A stretch of DNA of 25,097 nucleotides from Microcoleus sp. (GCA_042408215.1 JAYFMW010000025.1:1-25097); one strand, 5' to 3'. Shown: positions 10,602 through 17,911, counted from the first letter of the stretch. Made by a program: numbers and translations. The notes: a model not told the origin generated them from the sequence alone.

Positions 10602-11792
10602 TCACATTGAATAGGATTCTTTGAGTTCTTCTAGCTTTTTCTTTATTAAATCGATATCATTAATTTTTAATAGTTCTTCAATTTCTTCTAATTGCATCTT
10701 CTGCATCTTCTTCTTACCTTTTTCTAGCCCTTTTTTGTAATTCTGATCGTTGAGCATTTTCATAACTTCGTTTTCAAACTTATTTAGAGTTGCATACTCT
10801 AATTTAGGGTATTCATTCCTTTCTCTATATTCCTCATACTTTTCCTCAGCTATTTTTATCTCTTTATACTCTTCTTTCTCAAGGATTTCACAAATATCAT
10901 CAGACTCATAAGTTACATTTACTTGAAATCTTACAAAACATCCTTGTGTATTTTCTTGATCGGAACTATGAGACACGATTTTAACAATTTGGAATATCTT
11001 GTTTTCTGTTGAAAATAAGAGGCATAAAGAACCTTCGGGAAAATTCTTTTTCGCTTCCTCTAGAGTTGTGGGTGACAAGTGAAACCAATCTATATTCTCA
11101 CTATCATTAACGAGATTAGTTCCCTGGTCAATAATAGCAATATCATCAGTGACACCTAGTTTAAGGAATTTACCACCATCTCGTGGTGTGCTGGTTATCA
11201 GTGCTTGATCTTGATTTACAGGCGTAGAGTTTTGTTGAACGGAAAGATAGTTCTCAATTTCTTGCTTCCACTGAGGCGAGTTACTATATTTTTTTGACAA
11301 ACGATAAATGAAATCTTTTGTTAAATTTAAGTGGTGGATACTAATACATAATTCTCCCTCACATTTAAGACCATGCCAAGTTAGATTAGATGACCCTATG
11401 ATAGAAAAACCTATTTCTTTATCGTCTTTAACACGACGGCCTAAAAAACAATAGGCTTTGATATGAAAGTTATTTGTGGGACATATAAAACGAACAGAAT
11501 TAGTTTTAATCTTTGTTGATTCTTCGTCGATAAATTTCAATAAATTTTGAATATCACTAGGGTTGTTAAAATTATCTTTTTTTCCGATCGCAATCAAAAC
11601 TTCCGTATTTTCATTTAAAGAAGGGTGTACAAGAATTTTTTCTATTTGTTTCACCCCATAATCATTAACAAAAGCAGAAAATAGATAAATTTTATCCCAA
11701 TAGTATTCTTTATCCTTTAATAAAAAATCATCTATTGTGGTTTCCAAGCTTTTTTTACAGTCTTCCAAAATTACAAATCTAATAACACTCAT
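10602..11792 (-). CDS. PLD/HKD-superfamily (NgoFVII/BfiI-like) nuclease domain protein with an unknown C-terminal region
   Basis: SAFV..G, FHIKAY (HxK) and IIGSSNLT..GL...E. GGAGG RBS before the ATG at 11792. Visibly AT-rich compared with the flanking genes. Confidence 0.75.
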   Translation of the reverse strand: MSVIRFVILEDCKKSLETTIDDFLLKDKEYYWDKIYLFSAFVNDYGVKQIEKILVHPSLNENTEVLIAIGKKDNFNNPSDIQNLLKFIDEESTKIKTNSVRFICPTNNFHIKAYCFLGRRVKDDKEIGFSIIGSSNLTWHGLKCEGELCISIHHLNLTKDFIYRLSKKYSNSPQWKQEIENYLSVQQNSTPVNQDQALITSTPRDGGKFLKLGVTDDIAIIDQGTNLVNDSENIDWFHLSPTTLEEAKKNFPEGSLCLLFSTENKIFQIVKIVSHSSDQENTQGCFVRFQVNVTYESDDICEILEKEEYKEIKIAEEKYEEYRERNEYPKLEYATLNKFENEVMKMLNDQNYKKGLEKGKKKMQKMQLEEIEELLKINDIDLIKKKLEELKESYSM

Positions 11793-11888
11793 TGTAAATA
11801 CCTCCAATTAATTGATATAAAACTTTCAGGCAAGATGTAAACCACAATTTGATTATCTTCCCTAAAACTGCACGATCGCACCTAATAC

Positions 11889-12014
11889 CTAATAAAGTTG
11901 ACTAAAAACATAATCAGCCAACTCAATCAAAGCCTACTTCGACTCCGACGGCGGGAACCCCACCAAACGCATAACCGCAGACTGAGCGGACTTAACCAGT
12001 AATTCCCGCGATCG
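11889..12014 (-). pseudogene. 3'-terminal fragment of a solanesyl/polyprenyl diphosphate synthase gene with an internal stop
   Basis: Manual translation RSRELLVKSAQSAVMRLVGFPPSESK*ALIELADYVFSQLY* matches the remembered C-terminal pattern of cyanobacterial Sds (SREL...A..A...L..LPPSE...AL..L..YV.SRLY). Confidence 0.65.
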
Positions 12015-12041
12015 CCCTCTGCTGGTTGGATGCCTGAAAAA

Positions 12042-12272
12042 TCACTCATAAATCTCTACAACATCATAGTGTTTTGCAGCCACGCCCAAACCTTGTAGCG
12101 CTAAAGCCCGCGTGGTTAATGATGCTTGAGTTTCCCAGATGTTGACGAAAAAAGGAACAGCGCGATCGGGATTCTTTTCGGCAAAATCGAAGAATGCTTG
12201 GATTTGTTCGCCTACATTCCGGTAGCGATCGGGTGGCTCACCGCCGCCTGGGGGATTTGTAAGGTTGCTCAT
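12042..12272 (-). CDS. 76-aa hypothetical protein, possibly a 3'-truncated gene
   Basis: ATG-started ORF with protein-like composition. It ends 28 bp before the sds-like fragment. No family recognised. Confidence 0.35.
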   Translation of the reverse strand: MSNLTNPPGGGEPPDRYRNVGEQIQAFFDFAEKNPDRAVPFFVNIWETQASLTTRALALQGLGVAAKHYDVVEIYE

Positions 12273-12370
12273 GGGATTGACGGGGATAGAGAGGGAAGCA
12301 CATTGAGAAATTATAACTGTTGCTGTCGAGCTTGAACCAATTTTTTGAATATTTGTGGCAGAACCCTAGC

Positions 12371-12993
12371 GGGCGGGCACGGGGGCACCGCCCCTACAGG
12401 AGGGGATTGGAGTAATTCCTGTAGGGGCAATCCCCCGTGGTTGCCCTGATCCTTGGGGCGGGCGGGCACGGGGGCACCGCCCCTACAGGAGGGGACTGGA
12501 GTAATTCCTGTAGGGGCAATCCCCCCGTGGTTGCCCTGATCCTTGGGGCGGGCACGCACCATCCACCGCCCCTACAGGAGGGGACTGGAGTAATTCCTGT
12601 AGGGGCAATCCCCCCGTGGTTGCCCTGATCCTTGGGGCGGGCACGCACCATCCACCGCCCCTACAGGAGGGGATTGGAGTAATTCCTGTAGGGGCAATCC
12701 CCCGTGGTTGCCCTGATCCTTGGTGCGGGCGGGCACGGGGGCACCGCCCCTACAGGAGGGGACTGGAGTAATTCCTGTAGGGGCAATCCCCCCGTGGTTG
12801 CCCTGATCCTTGGGGCGGGCACGCACCATCCACCGCCCCTACAGGAGGGGACTGGAGTAATTCCTGTAGGGGCAATCCCCCCGTGGTTGCCCTGATCCTT
12901 GGGGCGGGCACGCACCATCCACCGCCCCTACAGGAGGGGACTGGAGTAATTCCTGTAGGGGCAATCCCCCCGTGGTTGCCCTGATCCTTGGGG
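12371..12993. repeat. Tandem array of seven 89-bp palindromic REP/BIME-like units
   Basis: CCCCTACAGG recurs at 12391, 12480, 12569, 12658, 12747, 12836 and 12925. Each unit has a GCCCCTACAGGA...TCCTGTAGGGGC stem. Confidence 0.95.
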
Positions 12994-13010
12994 TAGGCAC
13001 GTCGGGAGTA

Positions 13011-13238
13011 ATGACAATGGCCTTGCTGACGTTACCCCTAAAAGTTAATCTCGATCGCGTTCAATTCACCGATGAGCAGTTTTATCAACTCTGTCTCAGT
13101 AATGCTGAATTGACGATCGAGCGCGATGCTGAAGGAAGGTTAATTGTGATGTCTCCAGTTGGCGGCGATAGCGGTAGTCGCGAGATGGATATCGCATTTT
13201 TCAAATATGTGCGATCGCCTCTCCAATTCTCAATCTAA
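13011..13238 (+). pseudogene. Truncated Uma2/DUF820 family endonuclease
   Basis: TDEQFYQLCLSNAELTIERDAEGRLIVMSPVGGDSG is the typical cyanobacterial Uma2 N-terminus. Similarity is lost after about 60 codons and the PD...E catalytic part is missing. Confidence 0.85.
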
Positions 13239-13269
13239 ATCTAAAATCTAAAATCTAAAATCGATTGAC
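13231..13269. repeat. (AAAATCT)n STRR ending ATCGATTGAC
   Basis: Has the same terminus as the element ending at 16960. Confidence 0.75.
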
Positions 13270-13505
13270 TGCCATTACCACAAAACTAACAATTATGCAA
13301 GTCCCTCGATTATGTGACTGGTAACTAACAGCTAGTGACTGTTATTGTGAGTAATTAATTAAGAAAAGCAACTTAAATCAGGGACTGTCAAAAAATCACA
13401 GTCAAAAAATATCAGAGTGCATTTCTACGGTTGTAGACCTCAACAAGAGTGAAATGAGCGAGAGCCCCACCGCCAGGGTATCTACTTTCGCCATGTTCAC
13501 CGTAT

Positions 13506-14252
13506 ATGGCAATGGAGATACTTCCGATGAATTCACTGACACAAAAGGCTCAGCGCGCAGTTACTTTAACATCTCAAGTTTTAGATAAATTGCCAGCAGC
13601 AAAAGCTGAGGCCGAAAGTTACGAAAATTGCGACAAACATTATACTCTCGAAGTTTTAGGCGATCGCACTAACCAGGAGCCAGACACTTTAATTAAGGCC
13701 CTCATTAAGCAAATCTTAGATCAGGTAGGGGCGATAGTTGTGGAGATTGCAGGGCGGGTGCAATTCATGACTCAACGGGCACAAGAACTTTTGAGCCAGT
13801 ATTTTTTACCCCGCATTCCCTACTCATTACCAGAATCCTTAAAACATTGGTTCAAGGATCAGATTGCGCGACTCACATTCAACGGCAATGTTCCATCTCG
13901 CTGTTTACCCTTGCACATTCAACAAGCAGGAAAACAGTTGATCGTCCGTCTGATTTCCACTCCCATCAAAGAGCAATATATCTTGCTGTTGGAGGAAGAA
14001 GAAATGCAATCCTTCTCTATGTCCGCCCTGGAATTGCTAGGACTCACCAAACGCGAGGCGGAGGTTTTATTCTGGATTGCCAAAGATAAAAGCAATGCAG
14101 CGATCGCTAAAGCGATCGGTTGCAGTGAAGGAACAGTGCGAAAACATCTGGAGCATCTTTACGGGAAACTAAATGTACAAACCCGGACGGCTGCTGTGAT
14201 GGTTGCTCTGGAAAAGTTGGGGCTGTTCAAAGCAGAATTTGCGGCGCACTGA
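13506..14252 (+). CDS. LuxR/NarL-type HTH transcriptional regulator with a PAS-like central region and no receiver domain
   Basis: C-terminal GLTKREAEVLFWIAKDKSNAAIAKAIGCSEGTVRKHLEHLYGKLNVQTRTAAV. Confidence 0.88.
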   Translation: MAMEILPMNSLTQKAQRAVTLTSQVLDKLPAAKAEAESYENCDKHYTLEVLGDRTNQEPDTLIKALIKQILDQVGAIVVEIAGRVQFMTQRAQELLSQYFLPRIPYSLPESLKHWFKDQIARLTFNGNVPSRCLPLHIQQAGKQLIVRLISTPIKEQYILLLEEEEMQSFSMSALELLGLTKREAEVLFWIAKDKSNAAIAKAIGCSEGTVRKHLEHLYGKLNVQTRTAAVMVALEKLGLFKAEFAAH

Positions 14253-14287
14253 GCGTAGTCGAAGTGTTGCAATATCTTCATAATCCT

Positions 14288-14305
14288 ATACGCAGATCGT
14301 CGTAT
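14288..14305. promoter_or_regulatory. Candidate LuxR-type operator palindrome ATACGCAGATCGTCGTAT
   Basis: 14 of 18 positions are dyad-symmetric. Lies between the regulator and the 136-aa gene. Confidence 0.4.
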
Positions 14306-14416
14306 GGCTCTCCAAATAAATTTGGATGATTATTAGATCAAAAGCTGTTATCTAGCTTCAGCAGATAGCTAGAAACTACTTCCCATTAACGTTGTTCAAC
14401 AACAAGGAAATAAACT

Positions 14417-14827
14417 ATGTCTTCTACAACAGAATTTCCTGCATCGACTTCGATGCCACAGTTTCCAGCAGCTCAGGAAAACCAAGAGGCTAACCTTGAA
14501 GAGGTGCGTCAACTGGGTATGTCTCAAGAAGGAGCTTCGCCCGCAGCATTTTTCGGTAATGGCTACCGTTATCGCCATGACTGGGGGTTCAAGAATGGAC
14601 AGCACATCTTGACTCTCAATTGGGGCTTAATCACACCCAACTCTCTCGTCTTCGTTGCGATTGGTGAAGGTGTACCCCCTGGTCCCGCTGCTGGAAAGTT
14701 TATCGGTGCGGCTCGATATACAGTCCATAACGTTGCCCCTAGCAACGGTGTAATCAAGATTTGGGTCAACATCGAGTGGGGAAGCCCTATTCGGCTCTAT
14801 GTTGACTATTTCGTATTCAACCCTTAG
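14417..14827 (+). CDS. 136-aa hypothetical protein: acidic low-complexity N-terminal ~44 aa plus a beta-rich aromatic domain
   Basis: AAGGA RBS, ATG start, coherent composition, co-oriented with the S8 gene. No family recognised. Confidence 0.8.
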   Translation: MSSTTEFPASTSMPQFPAAQENQEANLEEVRQLGMSQEGASPAAFFGNGYRYRHDWGFKNGQHILTLNWGLITPNSLVFVAIGEGVPPGPAAGKFIGAARYTVHNVAPSNGVIKIWVNIEWGSPIRLYVDYFVFNP

Positions 14828-14843
14828 AAGCACGGATTAAATA

Positions 14844-14874
14844 CAAGGCTGTTTCCTCACAAGTCACAGCCTTG
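14844..14874 (+). terminator. Intercistronic stem-loop (CAAGGCTGT ... ACAGCCTTG)
   Basis: Perfect 9-bp stem with no strong U-tract, so more likely an RNA-stabilising or attenuating hairpin than a strong terminator. Confidence 0.5.
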
Positions 14875-14935
14875 GAATTCAATAAATCTCTTTTCCAACT
14901 CAACGCATTATCCAACACTAAATAAGAGGTATTTT

Positions 14936-16213
14936 ATGTCTGAACAACCTAGTTTTCCCATCCCAGAAACAGCCCAAGCCGATGCAACAACAGGGCGTTA
15001 CATTATTACTTTTCGCGAAGATTCGGTGACTGAAGGGTTAGACCTTTTGAGTGACCAAACTGGCATCAGGGGACTGCCAAACGCTGCCGATTTCCCGGAC
15101 TTTGTTCTAGACTTGAGCCAAATTGAAGCAGCAGGGGGAGCAGTGTTTCCCACTCTCGGCGTGGCCGTCGTCTCGTTAGACGAAGGGGCTTTCAGCAACG
15201 TCATGAGATCGGCGGGAGAGGATTCGGCTATTCTGGCGATCGAACCGGAGCGCACTTTCTACGCCATTGGCGATGGTTTGTCGGCAGACTACCTGCGGGG
15301 CTATCGCGATGCGGTGAATAACCTGTACGAGAAAGCCACTACTACAGAAGCAGCAGGAATCGATACCCAACCATCTTTTTCCGATGATAGCGAGTCTACT
15401 TGGGGTTTGAAGGCAACGAAGGTGATGAACTCTCTGTTGACTGGTAGTGGAATCAAAGTTGCTGTGCTGGATACGGGGATGGATCTCCAACATCCCGACT
15501 TCGCAGGCCGATCGATCGTATCGCAATCTTTCGTGCCTGGGGAGAATGTACAAGATGGGATGGGTCATGGTACCCACTGCATTGGGACAGCCTGCGGGTT
15601 CAAGGATCAGAACGGCCGCAGGTATGGGATCGCTCACAAATCGACCATTTATGTCGGTAAAGTGTTGAGCAATGCCGGTAGTGGCGCTGGTGCCTGGATT
15701 TTGGCTGGGATGGAATGGGCGATCGCCAACGGGTGTCAAGTGATCTCGATGTCTTTAGGAAACACCAATCCAAACCCCTCTACTGCCTACGAAACTGTCG
15801 GCCGCCGGGCCCTGCAAAATGGGTGTCTGATCGTGGCTGCTGCGGGCAACAACGGACCAACCGGAACCGTTGGACAACCAGCGAATAGCCCCTCAATTAT
15901 GGCTGTTGCAGCGATCGATAACTGCGTCCAAGTAGCTAACTTCTCGGCTACCTCTAACCTAGTTCAAGGAACTAAAGTCGATATCGCCGCTCCAGGAGTG
16001 AAAGTATACTCATCACTCCCTATGGATAAAGGGTGTTATGCTGCCTGGAATGGCACTAGCATGGCGACACCTCACGTAGCTGGGATGGCGGCCCTGTATG
16101 CTGAATCGACTGGTAAACGAGGTGCTGAACTTTGGCAATTGCTCACTTCCTATGCTATGGCACTACCATTACCATGTACTCGTGTCGGAAGTGGCTTGGT
16201 ACAAGCTCCGTAA
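14936..16213 (+). CDS. S8 family subtilisin-like serine protease with an N-terminal I9-like propeptide and no signal peptide
   Basis: Catalytic triad motifs VAVLDTG (D), GHGTH (H) and GTSMATPHVAG (S), with oxyanion AAAGN. GAGG RBS. Confidence 0.95.
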   Translation: MSEQPSFPIPETAQADATTGRYIITFREDSVTEGLDLLSDQTGIRGLPNAADFPDFVLDLSQIEAAGGAVFPTLGVAVVSLDEGAFSNVMRSAGEDSAILAIEPERTFYAIGDGLSADYLRGYRDAVNNLYEKATTTEAAGIDTQPSFSDDSESTWGLKATKVMNSLLTGSGIKVAVLDTGMDLQHPDFAGRSIVSQSFVPGENVQDGMGHGTHCIGTACGFKDQNGRRYGIAHKSTIYVGKVLSNAGSGAGAWILAGMEWAIANGCQVISMSLGNTNPNPSTAYETVGRRALQNGCLIVAAAGNNGPTGTVGQPANSPSIMAVAAIDNCVQVANFSATSNLVQGTKVDIAAPGVKVYSSLPMDKGCYAAWNGTSMATPHVAGMAALYAESTGKRGAELWQLLTSYAMALPLPCTRVGSGLVQAP

Positions 16214-16239
16214 TCACAAGCGCGATCGCAATTAGCTAG

Positions 16240-16510
16240 AGATCCCCCTCGCATCCCCCTTAAGAAGGGGGACGAAAGAGAACGTTCTTGTCCCACACCC
16301 CCTACTCCCCTACTCCCCTTTTTAAGGGGGGTTAGGGCGTGTTTTCAAACTCTAAGATCCCCCCCGGCCCCCCTTAACAAGGGGGGAGAAAGAGTCTCTT
16401 TCGTCAACTCCTACTCACACCCTACTCCCTTTTTAAGGGGGATGCGAGGGGGATCTTCGAGAGATTCGGTTCATAATCAGTAGTTTGAAAACACGCCCTA
16501 GGGGGGATCT
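16240..16510. repeat. Palindromic AGATCCCCC..CCCCCTTAA-GGGGG repeat, interrupted by a MITE
   Basis: AGATCCCCCTCGCATCCCCCTTAAGAAGGGGG ... TTTTTAAGGGGGGTTA[MITE]GGGGGGATCT. Confidence 0.7.
16333..16500. mobile_element. MITE-like element with perfect terminal inverted repeats
   Basis: TAGGGCGTGTTTTCAAACT (16333-16351) and AGTTTGAAAACACGCCCTA (16482-16500). The terminal TA may be a target duplication. Confidence 0.75.
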
Positions 16511-16603
16511 CCGGGGCAATAAAACACGCCCTAGGAGGATCGAGGTTTCAGAGTGCAAGTGCGTAAGTCCTAGGCGATCGCAATTAGGCAGCATTTCCTG
16601 CTA

Positions 16604-16642
16604 GTAGAAGGAGGTTCTCTGCGATCGGAAACCTCCTTCTAC
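16604..16642 (+). terminator. Strong hairpin downstream of the S8 gene (GTAGAAGGAGGTT ... AACCTCCTTCTAC)
   Basis: Perfect 13-bp stem with a HIP1-like sequence in the loop. Confidence 0.55.
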
Positions 16643-16660
16643 AAATACAATTCACAATAA

Positions 16661-16740
16661 TAGGACTTACGCATTTCAATGTAATTCTGTCATGCTTCGC
16701 TTCGCTTGACTCATGACACATAGGCTTTGCGTAAGTCCTG
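16661..16740. mobile_element. 80-bp MITE-like element with AGGACTTACGCA / TGCGTAAGTCCT inverted ends
   Basis: 12-bp perfect inverted repeats at 16662-16673 and 16728-16739. An orphan right end occurs at 16560-16572. Confidence 0.7.
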
Positions 16741-16776
16741 AATAGCGCAATGGATTTGGCCTAAAGGAGGTCGAAT

Positions 16777-17143
16777 ATGTCTGATGAACAAGTACAGCGC
16801 ATCATCGTGACTGTTGATGACCAATAATTTCAAAGGTGGTACAAGCCCCCGGATTTATCCGTGGAATCAATCCAAAATCCCAAATCTAAAATCCTCAAGC
16901 CCCGCATTTATACGTGGGGTAAATCTAAAATCTAAAATCTAAAATCTAAAATCGATTGACCAAAACTTACCGGTAATTCAATCGGTTGTCACTGCGTTAC
17001 AATCGGCGGGAATGAAAGTGGATCAGGTGCTAGCTGTTACTGGTATTATTACTGGAGCAGTTTCTCCGTCGAAGCTAGAAGGACTAAGGAGCCTACCGGG
17101 TGTCGCTGGTGTCGAGGTCGATCGAGAAATGCAGGCAATTTAA
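16777..17143 (+). pseudogene. Insertion-interrupted 75-aa subtilisin-propeptide/I9-inhibitor-like protein
   Basis: AAAGGAGG RBS at 16763-16770 and ATG at 16777. Joining 16777-16824 to 16964-17143 gives MSDEQVQRIIVTVDDQ|NLPVIQSVVTALQSAGMKVDQVLAVTGIITGAVSPSKLEGLRSLPGVAGVEVDREMQAI*. Confidence 0.85.
16825..16963. mobile_element. 139-bp non-coding insertion with two IS200/IS605-end-like hairpins and (AAAATCT)n
   Basis: Flanked by TGACCAA direct repeats (16818-16824 and 16957-16963). Contains AAGCCCCCGGATTTATCCGTGG and AAGCCCCGCATTTATACGTGGGGTA. Confidence 0.75.
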
Positions 17144-17156
17144 ACTAATCAATTAT

Positions 17157-17888
17157 TTAGGGGTTAAGTAAATCAAGCTTTGCTAACCCCAAATAGCGAA
17201 CACCTTCCGGCGTGACTTCAAACCGACAAGGCAAAATCTCTACACCTTCACCGATCGCCTGTCTGAATAATTCTCCGTAAGTGCGATCGGCACTATCCCC
17301 AGGCGCAAAATCTGTACAATCTCCGCGATTAATAAAATACAACATTACAGCCCTGGAACCCTGCTGCACAACTTCGATCAATTCCCTCAAATGTTTCTGT
17401 CCTCTTTCTGTGACTGTATCGGGAAATAGAGCCAATTGCTCTTTGGCCCAAGTTGTATTTTTAACTTCCAGAAAAATCGGATTTTCCTCGCCATTCAGCC
17501 AAAAATCAATTCGACTTTTTCGAGCTTTACCATAAACAACTTCCGGTTGAATCACACTGTAATTTCCCAACTCAGGAAACAATCGCAATTCCAAAGCTAA
17601 TTTAATAACTCGATTCGGCAAACCCGTATTAACTCCCACCCAAGTTGGTACAGTGTCGCACACTTTAATTAATTCCCAAGTATAAGCTAACTTGCGTTTA
17701 GGATTGTCGCTGGCAGATACTAGCACTGGATTACCGGGAATATAAACACCCGTCATCGGGCCCGTATTCGGACAGTGTGCGGTGATAATTTCTCCCGAAG
17801 CAAGTTCGATATCGGCGAAAAATCGCTTGTATCGCTTGATTAAAATGCCGGGTAAGAGAGGGGGATATTTGTAAATAAAGTCAGTCAT
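17157..17888 (-). CDS. sfsA: DNA/RNA nuclease SfsA (sugar fermentation stimulation protein)
   Basis: RYKRFFAD, AHCPNTGPM, SRIDF, LEVKNTT and FPDTVTERGQKHLREL. The start may be 17891 or 17888. Confidence 0.95.
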   Translation of the reverse strand: MTDFIYKYPPLLPGILIKRYKRFFADIELASGEIITAHCPNTGPMTGVYIPGNPVLVSASDNPKRKLAYTWELIKVCDTVPTWVGVNTGLPNRVIKLALELRLFPELGNYSVIQPEVVYGKARKSRIDFWLNGEENPIFLEVKNTTWAKEQLALFPDTVTERGQKHLRELIEVVQQGSRAVMLYFINRGDCTDFAPGDSADRTYGELFRQAIGEGVEILPCRFEVTPEGVRYLGLAKLDLLNP

Positions 17889-17911
17889 CATTATGCATCA
17901 GTAATTAGTAA

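Noticed and set aside
12311..12918. Several 63-85 aa ORFs on both strands
   Set aside because: They are translations of the GC-rich palindromic array.
12371..12993. Possible CRISPR array
   Set aside because: There are no unique spacers, whole 89-bp units repeat, and no cas genes are present.
15176..15739. 187-aa antisense ORF, and other short ORFs overlapping the main genes
   Set aside because: Shadow ORFs of well-supported genes, with no motifs or RBS.
14417..16213. Cyanobactin/RiPP cluster (precursor + PatA-like protease)
   Set aside because: No LAELSEE-type leader, core/recognition repeats, YcaO or PatG-type domains. The small protein looks like a folded domain.
16825..16963. Self-splicing intron in the small gene
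   Set aside because: Too short, largely heptamer repeats, and no recognisable group I or group II core.
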